A stretch of 64,000 nt of DNA from Octopus vulgaris (Eukaryota). Position numbers and translations under genes: made by a program. Numbering within the stretch: the first letter of the stretch is position 1; each line of letters begins with the position of its first letter. The DNA lies in contig OX597831.1 in NCBI GenBank assembly GCA_951406725.2, positions 14,942,001 to 15,006,000 of the forward strand. The letters are read 5' to 3'. Shown in pieces: positions 13,078-25,070 of this stretch. The notes beneath the pieces are model-generated. The model was given only the letters and a program-made list of their open reading frames with translations. It was not told the origin of the DNA and did no database searches.

Positions 13078-13957
13078 CATACATATATATATATATATTT
13101 ATACATACATATATACACACAATCACACACATGCATATAAAAGTATGATTAAATACTTTACCCACAAGTGTATCACAAAGCTTTACCAGTTATATTTCAT
13201 TACAAATTCTTCCTTCTCCAAAAAAGCCTCTTTAAAACGTAACGTCGTTAAAATACCTCTTTAAAAAGTAACAAAACAGAGAATAGCATCGCTGCGATGT
13301 GCGATGCAACAATGTATTGCATATTAAGATGAATTATGATAAATTTGTTAATCACCATAAATATGTAATGCATATTAACGTTAATACATTCATTTATTAA
13401 TAGAAAATATGTAAGAAAATCATTTACATATTTTAATTATGCTGAATCATATCACATTTTATGACGTATGAAAATGCAATAAAAATCTGAATATATTTAA
13501 AAACACTTTAAAACGGAATGCTCTTTTAATGTTTAGTTCATCCTGCACTGCATAACACAACGATTGTAGCAGTAAAGCTGTATAATATACATTAAATAAA
13601 ATTGTATATATATATTAAATTTACCTGATGGATTGAGCCTTCTTTAATCATTCATTACATATTTATTAGTATAGGATAAATCCGATGAAGCAGTGGAAAC
13701 CGTGACGGTGAGCCTGAAAGGAAAACTTAGAAATTTCGCTTATCTTCAAGATATTCTGTGTTCAAAATCGGATGACATCCCTCTGTAATATAACTCCTGT
13801 TTGAAAGCTTGTTCGGTGAACTGAATGCAGTCATCCAAACACTGCTGAGAATGAAAACATCAAATCACCACAGAGGGAAGATGATATCACACAACGAGTT
13901 AACAAAGATGAGCCTCATATATCACTTTGCATCAGTGTGTGGTATTGGGGGCATATA

Positions 13958-14118
13958 TACGACGAGTTACTTTCAGTTTCCATCTACCAAATCCACTCCC
14001 ATCGATTTGCTAGCTTTGGTCGGCCTGAGAATATATTTGCACAGTTTACGACGCAGTGGGACTGAACCCGAAACCATCTGGATCGGAAGCATGCATCTTT
14101 CCACACTGTCACGACCAC
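13958..14118 (-). mobile_element. SINE family A head
   Basis: TTTCAGTTTCCATCTACCAAATCCACTC..CGCAGTGGGACTGAACCC. Confidence 0.7.
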
Positions 14119-14143
14119 GTCTAAATTATTTATGTCTATAATC

Positions 14144-14220
14144 ATACATACATACATACGTCCATACATACATACATACATACATACATACATACATACA
14201 CACATACATACATACATACA

Positions 14221-14254
<34 letters not shown>

Positions 14255-14370
14255 CATACATACATACATACGTCCATACATACATACATACATACATACA
14301 TACATACATACATACATACATACATACATACATACATACATACGTCCATACATACATACATACATACATA
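14144..14370. repeat. (TACA)n microsatellite
   Basis: Direct inspection; source of the MYVC/HTYI ORFs. Confidence 0.95.
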
Positions 14371-14488
14371 TGAACATGACTTCTTACCCATCACAAATAT
14401 ATATATACATACATATATATACACACACACATACACCCTTGCCCTCACGGATCAGTATACTATGTGTCTGTGTATATATATAGATACA

Positions 14489-14549
<61 letters not shown>

Positions 14550-14796
14550 CATACATACACACACATATATATACATACATACTCACACACACACACACAC
14601 ACATATATATATTCTGTCTCCTATCGCTTCTGAGCTATTCTAGTCATAGAGCAGATATCGTATTAACGAGTTTCCCAAATTGTTTTTTTTTTTAATGTCA
14701 AAATGCAAAGATAGGTTTATTGTTTAGTTTATTCCAATAATGATCCATCTTCCATCGTTGCTTATTTTTTTTTTCATTGATAGTTTCTCATACTCA

Positions 14797-14832
<36 letters not shown>

Positions 14833-15732
14833 AAAGTATATCCGCATATTATTTTTCTCTTTTCGCTGACTTTCAGATATTCATATTCTCTGTGTTCATA
14901 AAAAAAAAACCAAAACACAAAACCAAAAAAAATAAATACGATGGCTTCTACGTAATATATCTGGCCTGATACCACTTTCAAGATAACAGATATATTTCTA
15001 CAATTGTATATTATGAAAACTTACTTACCTAAAAAAGATTAATGTGAAATATTTCCTACAGGTTACATGTGAAAGTATAGCGCACCATTTCGGAACTATA
15101 ATTATAAATATATTTTCTACAATGTTTAAAGTTCAGCTGTGGGAGGATGGACCATTTACACAAATGTTCCTGCTTCTTTTCTTGTGTCGAGATATTTATG
15201 GTCTCCATACAGATTCGCAAGCAGAATGTACGAATGCGTTGGGGAGGGAATATCGTGTTGAAAGTAGGTGCTAAAAATATATCAAGTTTTTGGCTGTTTG
15301 AATGTATGTGTGTACATATATACATACATACGTACGTGCGTACGTACATTTATATAAATACATATGTATGTGTGTGTGCTTGTGTGTTCATAAGCAATGG
15401 AAGCAGAATTAAATCAAAATAGCCATATATATATTATACTTAGCATTGAAAGAAAGTTGATAAGCCAGTTATTCCGGTATCTTTTCTGGGGTAACCTATC
15501 TCACGGACGTGCGTTGTTAAAAACCAAAATAAATATTGAGGGAGAAGAAAAGAATCAGTTGAATGTATACACAATGCCACGTGTAGTAGGTGTTTTGGGT
15601 CTTTTTTATTTCGTGGACCTTCCGCCAACCACGGACGCATCCAGTATAGGAAACAATGAGTAAAACATGGGATGTCTTTAAGAGACGTCTTTTCGGGAGA
15701 AATTCTGCAGTCGTTTGTCTATCAACTGCGTC

Positions 15733-16088
15733 GTGGCACTCTATCGGTTACGACGACGAGGGTTCCAGTTGATCCGCACGTGAAATTAACGTGCAAGTGG
15801 CTGAGCACTCCACAGACACGTATACACTTAACGTAGTTTTCGGGGAGATTCAGCGTGAGACAGAGTGTGCCAAAGCCGGCCCTTTGAGATATAGATACAA
15901 GAGAAGCAGGAAGAAAGAGTGAGAGAAAGTTGTGGTAAAAGAGTAGGGTTCGACACCACCTCCTGCCGCGACCTCGTGAAGCTTTGAGTGTTTTCGCTCA
16001 ATAAACATCCACAATGCCTGGTCTGGGAATCGAAACCTCGATCATACGACCACGAGTGCACTAACCGCTGGGAAAATGCGCGTCTACG
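15733..16088 (-). mobile_element. SINE family B (tRNA-derived head), alternative tail
   Basis: Head and body match 31876-32172; the tail recurs alone at ~56783-56825(+). Confidence 0.75.
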
Positions 16089-16114
16089 TATCAACGGCGT
16101 ATATATATTGTTCT

Positions 16115-16320
16115 CAAATATTGGCACAAGGCTATCGATTTTGTGGTAATGCCCCAGGATCTTTCGGCGACCCCAATGGGCAACTGCTTCTAATTTTATT
16201 GACCCCGAAATGATGAAGGGCAAGGTCGACGTTCGCGCAATTTGAATTCAGAAATTGAAGACGGACGAATGCCTCGCACCATTTTGTCCAGCATGCTAAT
16301 TAATCAACCAGCTCACCGTA
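16115..16320 (-). mobile_element. SINE family C, degenerate
   Basis: TTGGCACAAGGC..GACCCCGAAATGATGAAGGGCAAGGTCGAC..ATTTGAATTCAGAA. Confidence 0.65.
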
Positions 16321-16326
16321 CGAACG

Positions 16327-16398
<72 letters not shown>

Positions 16399-16554
16399 CT
16401 GCATGTGTGTGTATATATACGTGTGTGTTTGCGTGTATATATATGTGTGTGTATATATATGCGTGTGTGTGTGTATATATATATATGTGTGTATGTGTGT
16501 GTATTACATGTATATTGCTATAAACATGTATTTATATTATTTTACATTCTCTTA

Positions 16555-16839
16555 TTCTTTTATTTATTTCAGTCATTTGACTGCGCCCATGCTGGAGCAC
16601 CGCCTTTAGTCAAGCAAATCGACCCCAGGATTTATTATTTGGGAGCCTAGTACTTATTCTATCGTTCTCTTTTGCCGAAACGCTAAGTTACGGGGACGTA
16701 AACACACCAGCATCGGTTGTCAAGAGATGGATGGAGTACAAACACAGGCACACAGACATATACACACACATACACATAAACATGCATACATATGTATATA
16801 TATATATACATAAATATATATATACACACACACACATAC

Positions 16840-16901
<62 letters not shown>

Positions 16902-17066
16902 TACATATATACGACGGGCTTTCACTTTCCGTCTACCAAATCCACTCTCAAGACTTTGGTCGGCCCGAGGCTATAGTAGAAGACAGTTGCCCAAGGCTCC
17001 ACGCAGTGGGACTGAACCCAGAACAATGTGGCTGGTAAGCAAGCTACTTACCTCACAGCCACTCCT
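16555..17066 (-). mobile_element. SINE family A, near full length
   Basis: Minus head GTGGCTGTGAGGTAAG..GGTTCAGTCCCACTGCGTGG, CORE-like CCTTGGGCAAC, central (TA)n, conserved tail. Confidence 0.85.
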
Positions 17067-17448
17067 GAATACATTATGATACATAGGTGTCTCTCTACCT
17101 CTCTCTCTCTCCTCATCTCTCTTCCTTCACTTTCTCAATTTCTCTTTCTGTCTGTCTATGTGTGTGTGCGTACGAGTACTTCTGTATTAATATATTTGTA
17201 GATACCAACAATCACACACACACACACACACATACATACACATCCGCATATACAAATTTACTGACATAAATTATGTCCATGATTAGTTCAGGTCACGTCT
17301 AACTTAGAACTACATTAATTAATCTTCTAGAATTTATGTTATCTGCGTCTTTTGCCGAACCGTTAAGTTACGGGAATATATTGCACCAACTTCGGTTTTC
17401 AAGCGACGGTGTGTGTAGGCGGAATAAAACACAGAAAAATAAAAAAGG

Positions 17449-17768
17449 AAAATACGCACACTTACATGGTTATAGAATAATTTTTAATGTATCGACCGGT
17501 TACGTACACATATTCTTCCCCACCCAAAACCTAAACAGTTATCTCCCTTACAGACAACAATAACTATAATAACACCCAATTACCTCCCTTTTCTTGTCAA
17601 CTTATAAAATCATTCACTCGTGAATCTCATTATAAACAACATGGACCTATTTTCTTCTCAAGAAAAAATATACTTGCATATAAATTACACATTGTATCAT
17701 GAATAGTGATTGCGAAACCGGTCGATACATTAAAAATTATACTATAACCATGTAAGTGTGCGTATTTT
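17449..17768 (+). mobile_element. Penelope-like terminal repeat with a 53-bp inverted copy of its end
   Basis: 17449-17501 is the reverse complement of 17716-17768 (1 mismatch); body homologous to 5160-5400(-). Confidence 0.7.
17693..17729 (+). ncRNA. Minimal hammerhead variant, A3-U8 core
   Basis: TGTATC-ATGAATA-GTGATTGC-GAAAC-CG-GTC-GATACA; 6-bp stem I, 2-bp stem II, palindromic ACCGGT stem III. Confidence 0.7.
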
Positions 17769-17845
17769 TCTTTTTTCTTTTTCTTATATACATTACAATC
17801 CACCACGTGGGGACAACCGAAATTCCTCTTTTCTGTTACTACTAC

Positions 17846-17924
<79 letters not shown>

Positions 17925-17927
<3 letters not shown>

Positions 17928-18082
17928 ACGTTCTTCTTTCAGTTTCCTTCTAACAAAACTTTTCACAAGACATTGCTCGACCCGTAGGTACAGTAGAAGA
18001 CATTTGCCCAAGGTGCCACGCAGTGGACCTGAAACCAGAACCATGCGGGTGGAAATCAAGCTTCTTACCACACAACCACTCG
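17925..18082 (-). mobile_element. SINE family A head
   Basis: TTGCCCAAGGTGCCACGCAGTGG..AAGCTTCTTACCACACAACCAC. Confidence 0.75.
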
Positions 18083-18291
18083 TACGCGTGGATACATGTA
18101 TGAATGTAGTTTTGAAACGTGATACAGGGAGGTCCCTATTCGGTGTATTTGGTGACATTTTGCTAGAAATTCATCTTAGAATTCAAATTCAAGAAATTCT
18201 GAATTGAAATATAAATTTATTAATACAAGTATACTCACACACACAACACACACTCTCATACATATTTACATATATGTGTGTATACACTCAT

Positions 18292-18345
<54 letters not shown>

Positions 18346-18568
18346 ACAGAAAGTAAGAGAGAGAGAGGGACAGAGAGAGAATTTATCGTGAGAGGGATGG
18401 AAGTGTTGCACTTGATCACTGCATCTTCACTGCAAACTAACCTAAGCGTACTTGGAGACTTCCGAAAATTAGCAATGCATGAGAAGTGACAGAAACATGA
18501 ATTTTAAGAATAGTAATAATCATATCAATAATTATAGCATTAATAGCAACAACATCAACAACAACAAC

Positions 18569-18644
<76 letters not shown>

Positions 18645-19098
18645 GATGACATAAATAACATAAAATAGTGAAAGAAAGGGAAGAAGGAATTGGAATTTCA
18701 CAAAACAAAAATAATATAAACTTAAAAACAAATATTTTTATAGAAATTTGGAAAATAGATGAAATGCAACGAATAATGTTATGCAACGAATAATGAGGTA
18801 AGAAAGGAAAAAGAAACGAATATAATGAAGTAATATTTCGAGTGTTCTTCATCTTCTGGAAATTATCAAGTCTACTTTTTGAGGAAAGAAATGTAATTTG
18901 AAATCGGAAAATATAAATATTAGCGCAAAGAAAGCATAAAAAAAAAACCTGTAGCGTGAGTGGTTGGGATGAGATAAAACGTCATATTCGGACTCCTTTT
19001 AATTTGGAAGAAATTTATCATTTACGATGTTAGGAAGGAAATCAATTACGTGGAAAGCCATTAATATACATATGTATATATATATATATATGTATATA

Positions 19099-19178
<80 letters not shown>

Positions 19179-19273
19179 TGTATGTATCAATATATATCTG
19201 TAAATATGTATATGCATGTATGTATGTATGTACATTCTTTGTGTCAGTGTCTATATACCTAAGAACATCTATA

Positions 19274-19322
<49 letters not shown>

Positions 19323-19370
19323 TTGTGTATATATATATATATATATACATATCTATTTAAGTGTGAAGAG

Positions 19371-20272
19371 AAAAGGAAATTGGAGAGAAACGCACAAGAT
19401 GTTATTTAAATCATGTATATCACCATATAACTGACATGTTTCGATTGATACGTTAGAATTAATCCGAGGGGGAGAAGAATGTAGAATAGTGTATCAGTCT
19501 CACCAGGGAGGAGTTTATAAAGAACAGTGTTCATTAATAAATCATTTTTACTGTTTTAAGAAATTATAATATATAATATATTAAAAGTAAAACGTGCATA
19601 GTGAACGCTAGTAATTTTAAGATATCGTTAAGAAATTTGATGTAATAGGACTAGGAAACAGCTGAAGGAAAAGAGAAAGAGAATTAAAGGAGCAATGGAG
19701 GGATGAACAAATAGCAGGTGAATGACAAATGGATAGAAATGATAAAGGAAATAAGGGGATACGTAGGAGGAAAAGAGTAAAGTGAAAGTTACCGATAAAG
19801 GGAAATTTAAGCAATGGCGCAGAATATTTGACAAAACTGAAAGTGTGTTTTTTCAAATGTAAACACGCTCTTTATAGGAGCTGACCAGTATGTGTTTGAA
19901 AAAAGGATGAATAATTGTTCATCCATCATAAAGAAGACAAAAAGATTTCCCTTCATCATAAGGGAATGATCTATCAAAATATTCCTATCCAAAGAAAATT
20001 GATTATTACAGTCTTTCAGGTATCAAAAGTAGTTTACTGAGACCTGTAGTATTAGGTTTATTGATATATCTAAATGTAGAAAGATGATTGGGCATACGTT
20101 TTTTTTTTATTCCGGTGGAGGAGATTGATACATTATTGATGAGATCGATAGATTATTCCACATTATTCTTCTTCTCGGATTAATTTTAGTTTATCAGTCA
20201 AAAATATGTCGGCAATATGGTGATATAGATAATTAAAATAACATCTTTTGCGTTTGTCTCCATTTTCCTTTT
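19371..20272 (-). mobile_element. Penelope-like element remnant: GIY-YIG C-terminus between diverged inverted repeats carrying decayed HHRs
   Basis: Minus 19830-20100 reads RMPNHLSTFRYINKPNTTGLSKL..SFPYDEGKSFCLL..LVSSYKERVY; 19371-19510 and ~20134-20272 are inverted copies; left copy has CTGGTGA-GACTGATAC..GTATCAATC-GAAAC-AT-GTC. Confidence 0.7.
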
Positions 20273-20274
20273 GC

Positions 20275-20333
<59 letters not shown>

Positions 20334-20697
20334 GCATATATATATATGTATATATATATAATTTACAAGATAAGGGCAGAAAAACAAATTCTAATGCCCT
20401 TATCTTTCTTCTGCCCTTATCTTGTAAATTATGTATAAATTTTACCTTTAAAGGCATTTTTTGATATGCTGGCCATTGATAAAATTTTTTTTCCCGAAAA
20501 ATATTTTATCCTATATTAATTATAAATAGATTAGTGTTCATTTCCGGATTCTATCACTCTGTGAAAGTTTCTAGTTCGAATCACATGTGTCTCGAGGTGC
20601 GCTGAAGATTTTTCTATTTTGGATATACTTAAGTCTGCTCGGGACTTAGTGCTTGCATTTTCCGTGGGTATGAGTAAGTATCTCATTTATATCTCAC

Positions 20698-20753
<56 letters not shown>

Positions 20754-20795
20754 AGTAGGAGAGACGAAAGATGTAAGATACGAAAAGGTTTATTG

Positions 20796-20895
20796 ATTAT
20801 TACAATTGTTTCGACCCATCTAGCATCGATACCTCACGAATGAGAGATACTGATCCAGGAGTGTCAGTCGGTGTAGATGTGTGCCTTCAGGTGAT
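20796..20895 (-). ncRNA. Degenerate type I hammerhead (family of 37495-37599)
   Basis: Minus: ATCAC-CTGAAGG-CACACATCT..AGATGGGTC-GAAAC-AATT-GTA-ATAAT. Confidence 0.5.
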
Positions 20896-20914
20896 TACAA
20901 AATCAATCTATCTA

Positions 20915-20963
<49 letters not shown>

Positions 20964-21100
20964 ATATCTATCTATCTATAGGGAGAGAGACAGGCAGATA
21001 GATAGATATATGTTTGAAATTTATGGAAAAAACAACAAACTAAGACAGGTGTATAAACAACAAACAGGTGTATCAGTTTGGCGCTCGGGAAAGTGAGAAA

Positions 21101-21141
21101 TTCTTTTACGTTTCGAGCGTACGCTCTTCAACAGAAAAGAA
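21101..21141 (-). ncRNA. Minimal hammerhead variant CUGUNGA (A6U)
   Basis: Minus: TCTTTT-CTGTTGA-A-GAGC-GTAC-GCTC-GAAAC-GTA-AAAGAA. Confidence 0.65.
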
Positions 21142-21553
21142 TAAATGAAAAATATATAGAGAGAGAGAATAAAAAAAAAGAAAACCTGTAGATTTATCGC
21201 TCAGATACACAGACAAACAAACGCAAATTGATAGCTAGATGTTTGAGTATCATAGTTTGCAGTCCGCTATATAAAGGTTACATAGAGCAACCTATAAAAA
21301 GCTTCTTTGAAACATGTATCACTGAAGATTAATAATTTTCAATCATATTTGTATCGATTTCCACAAAAGAACGTATATACGGTAACAAGATGTACAAAGA
21401 TATATTCAAACATTTAGTCATTAATCATAGTATCGCTGCACGTACTTCACCGATGAGTAGATTAAGTGAGAAACAATAACTGCATGAGTGTCTGCGTATG
21501 GTCGAATCCATTTTAATGGACATGAAACTTTGTCTATATGCCTAACTGTCTGT

Positions 21554-21634
<81 letters not shown>

Positions 21635-21644
21635 CAGACAGACA

Positions 21645-22000
21645 GTTATGCGGTTGTATGGTAAGAAGATACGTTCACAATAATAAAGTATAGGTTCAGA
21701 TCCACTGCGTGGCACTTTGAGCCATTGTCTTCCGCAGTGGTCCCGGGTCGACCAAAGCCTTGTGAAAGATCGTGTTCGGCAGAAACTATTTATATGTCTA
21801 TGTGTGTGTGTGTGTGTGCATGATTGTGTGTGTTTATGAGTACTTGATTTTATTTCTGTTTGTGTCTGCCCCCACCCATCGCTTGATAACATTTTTGTGT
21901 GTCTTCTGATCTCAGATACAATACCTGGCTACCTTTAAGTTGCAGGTTCGATCTGTGTGACTAAACACATCAAGGCTGTAGTCCAGCATGACCGCAATCC
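21645..22000 (+). mobile_element. SINE family A, degenerate
   Basis: GGTTCAGATCCACTGCGTGGCAC..GACCAAAGCCTTGTG..TCCAGCATGACCGCA. Confidence 0.7.
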
Positions 22001-22389
22001 AAAGATTGGATTATTTAAATATATGTATGCATGTGTGTGAATATGTGTGTGCGTGTGTGTTTTGTGAATGTCTATATTGTTTACTAAATATACGACTAAA
22101 ATTCTTGATGTATTAAAATCATTTCCGCTTTTAGCTGACCTGTTCAGAATTAGACATAAACGTTTGGTTGCCCAATGTTTCGTTGTCATTAAACACTGTA
22201 TCTAGTATGTTAAATCCGTGTGGAATTCTTAAGTGACCATTTTCTCCTTCCATTATCGTAAGTTCTCTCAGCTGAACGGCTCAGCTGTGGAACGATGTAA
22301 CAGTTTGACTGCATTTTAAAGAACTGCCTTACTGAAGTTTCCACTTCCTCACTATTCTTGAAGCATTGCAAATGAAAGAGATGAGCCAC

Positions 22390-22630
22390 GGATCAGAAGA
22401 ACTAATAATCCGAGGGAGATTTTGTTCCCGCAATCTTACCGTGCCTAAGCAGTGGTTAAGCAAGGGCCAGCATCTGGAATCTGTTACCAAACATAGGCGT
22501 TACAATCACAAGGGGATGCAATGCGTCTGGTAGAATTATTAGGAGATTATTCACTACGAATACGTTCAGGACGGTCTAACCATCGACGCTAACTTGTATT
22601 CCGAACGCCTGGGGTGGATGTATGCTATTG
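22390..22630 (+). mobile_element. Mariner transposase fragment
   Basis: QWLSKG..HKGMQCVW*NY*EIIHYEYVQDGLTIDANLYSERL resembles the mariner motif KVMLCVWWD..GIIHYELL..G.TI.A..Y..QL. Confidence 0.7.
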
Positions 22631-22745
22631 TGTTCTTTAATTTCAGTATTAAGAAAATGTTCTCCCCTCTCTATATATCTACCCTCTTTGTAATGTTGGC
22701 AAATGAAATAAGTATAAGAATGTGCATTGTCTGTTTAATTATATA

Positions 22746-22830
22746 TGTGGCTGAAGATTGCTCGACATTTTAAAACTGATGTAATACTTACAGTGTTTAA
22801 TAAAATGAAGCATGAAACAATTGTACTACA
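22746..22830 (+). ncRNA. Type I hammerhead ribozyme, minimal
   Basis: TGTGG-CTGAAGA-TTGCT..AGCAT-GAAAC-AATT-GTA-CTACA. Confidence 0.7.
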
Positions 22831-22859
22831 CTACCTTGGATATCATTGTTGCTTATTTT

Positions 22860-22916
<57 letters not shown>

Positions 22917-23587
22917 ATAATTAATAAATTTCAGGGTAGTAAATTATTATTTAGAATTTTTGTTATCACCGTGGCCTAGCGTGTAGAAAAATCTAGTCAA
23001 TAGAATATATCTTATTCATTACATATACAGTGAACATTTAAACGCATAAGAGATAGCCATAATCGGACATCTCAACCGCCAGAATAAGTAGTTGAAATCC
23101 AGAACCACAATTAGTGGTAATTTCGAAAGGGAATGAAAGATAAAAACATTTACCATCCATTTCCCGGACCATGATTTCGAGCAATCTTCAGCTAATAAAA
23201 TGTATCTCAAGTCAGGCTGAAGTGACAGAAAGATGATGAAATTGATTGGAGGCCTGGGTGACCAGGGACACGTTAGTGTCCTGGCATATACATGTCCGTG
23301 TGCAAGGACATGTGCATGTATGAAGCTAATGAATGGTGTGCGTGTGTGGGGGGGGAGAGGAGCGCATTTGTTCGACACATAAGTGATCTAAAATATATGT
23401 GTGCGCAAGCAGATGTGTATAAAGCTATGTGCTTGAGTGTGTGTGTGCATGTTAGCGTACGTGTGTGTGTGAATGTTTGTGCTTTTATTCACTAACAAGT
23501 ATGTGTGTGAAGCAATGCTTGCGTTTATTGGTTACGTAGTTGTGTGTGTGTATATGTGTACTGTAGTGTCTACGTATATATCCATCA

Positions 23588-23621
<34 letters not shown>

Positions 23622-23918
23622 GCAGTGAAGTTAATGCTTAATAGATATTAGCATAATATTACTGTACTGATCTTATGTTTGTATATTTTACTAAAAGGGA
23701 TTTATGCATATCATATCGGATAAATATCAGACTCGAATAGTTTTGAATATTGAACGCTAATATCACGCAGGTTTTCTTTGATTCTGGCAGAAAGTATTAC
23801 AAACTATTGCAACTAAGTAACCAGAAAATGCATAAAATTTACTGAAACCTCTCCCCCATCTTTCCGCCTGTCAGGAAATATATATCTATATCTATATCTA
23901 TAGCTATATCTATAGCTA

Positions 23919-24048
<130 letters not shown>

Positions 24049-24607
24049 ATAAAATAAACAGGAGAAATGGAAGTCAATGTGTGAATATATATTTATTATT
24101 ATTTTTTTTTTTATCGGCAAAAAAGTTCTGAATGTGACACAACTTTGGAGATTTTCCGGCATGACACTTATCTAATCCCTCCACACACAGATATTTATCA
24201 TAATTCAATTTGATATTTTTGTAGCGTCTTTTGATATATTTTATGTACTGTTTTATTTATATTTACGTTTTTGTTTTTGTATTGTTTTTTTTTTTCTTCT
24301 TTCCGTTGTGGATTTTATTTGTTTTGATATACTGAATAAACTATATCGAGCTGACGCCGATGCGAGTGATCATAATTTATATACAGCAAAAACTATATTT
24401 TCTCATCAACCAGAAAATGGCTTTAATACACGAAGAGAGAAAGGTAAGTAGAAAATAGAAAAATAAAGAAAGAGAGAGAGAGAGAGAGAGAGGGGAGGAG
24501 GAGGAGAAACATGAAAACACGATGCTGTGATGTAGAGAGTGAAAGTCAGTGAAATCAAGGGTTTGCTGGCATCACAAAAACAGACACTCTGTGTATGTGT
24601 GTGTGTG

Positions 24608-24653
<46 letters not shown>

Positions 24654-24769
24654 GGAGTGAAAGAGGAACATAGGTGAGCTTGTAACAATGATTCAAATTT
24701 TAGTACAGAATCAGCAATTATGGTAGAGCACTCTGTTCCCACGACACCAATTCTCAAATGTCATGCATT

Positions 24770-25070
24770 CATCAACACTGAATGGCTAAAAAGTAAAGGT
24801 GACTTTGATAGCATTTGAACTCGGAACGCAAACTGTCGGAAGAAATGTCTATAAGCATCTTGTCCGGCGAACATAATGCCGATTCTGTTATCTCGCTGAT
24901 TTAACCAACTTTATAATTCAAATTTTAGCACAAATCGAGTAAATTTTCCGGAAAAGCCAGAGTGCTTCACTGATACTTATCTTATCGATCTCCTAATAAA
25001 ATATGAAAGGCAAAGCCGACCTCAGCGGAATTTGAACGCAGAACGTAAAACCAGAAATAACGTCGCTGTG
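24770..25070 (-). mobile_element. SINE family C, two degenerate tandem fragments
   Basis: ATTTGAACTCGGAACG and ATGAAAGGCAAAGCCGACCTCAGCGGAATTTGAACGCAGAACG. Confidence 0.55.

Noticed and set aside
23105-23200. CTGAAGA..GAAAT motifs on the minus strand
   Set aside because: No consistent combination of stem II, NUH site and stem I
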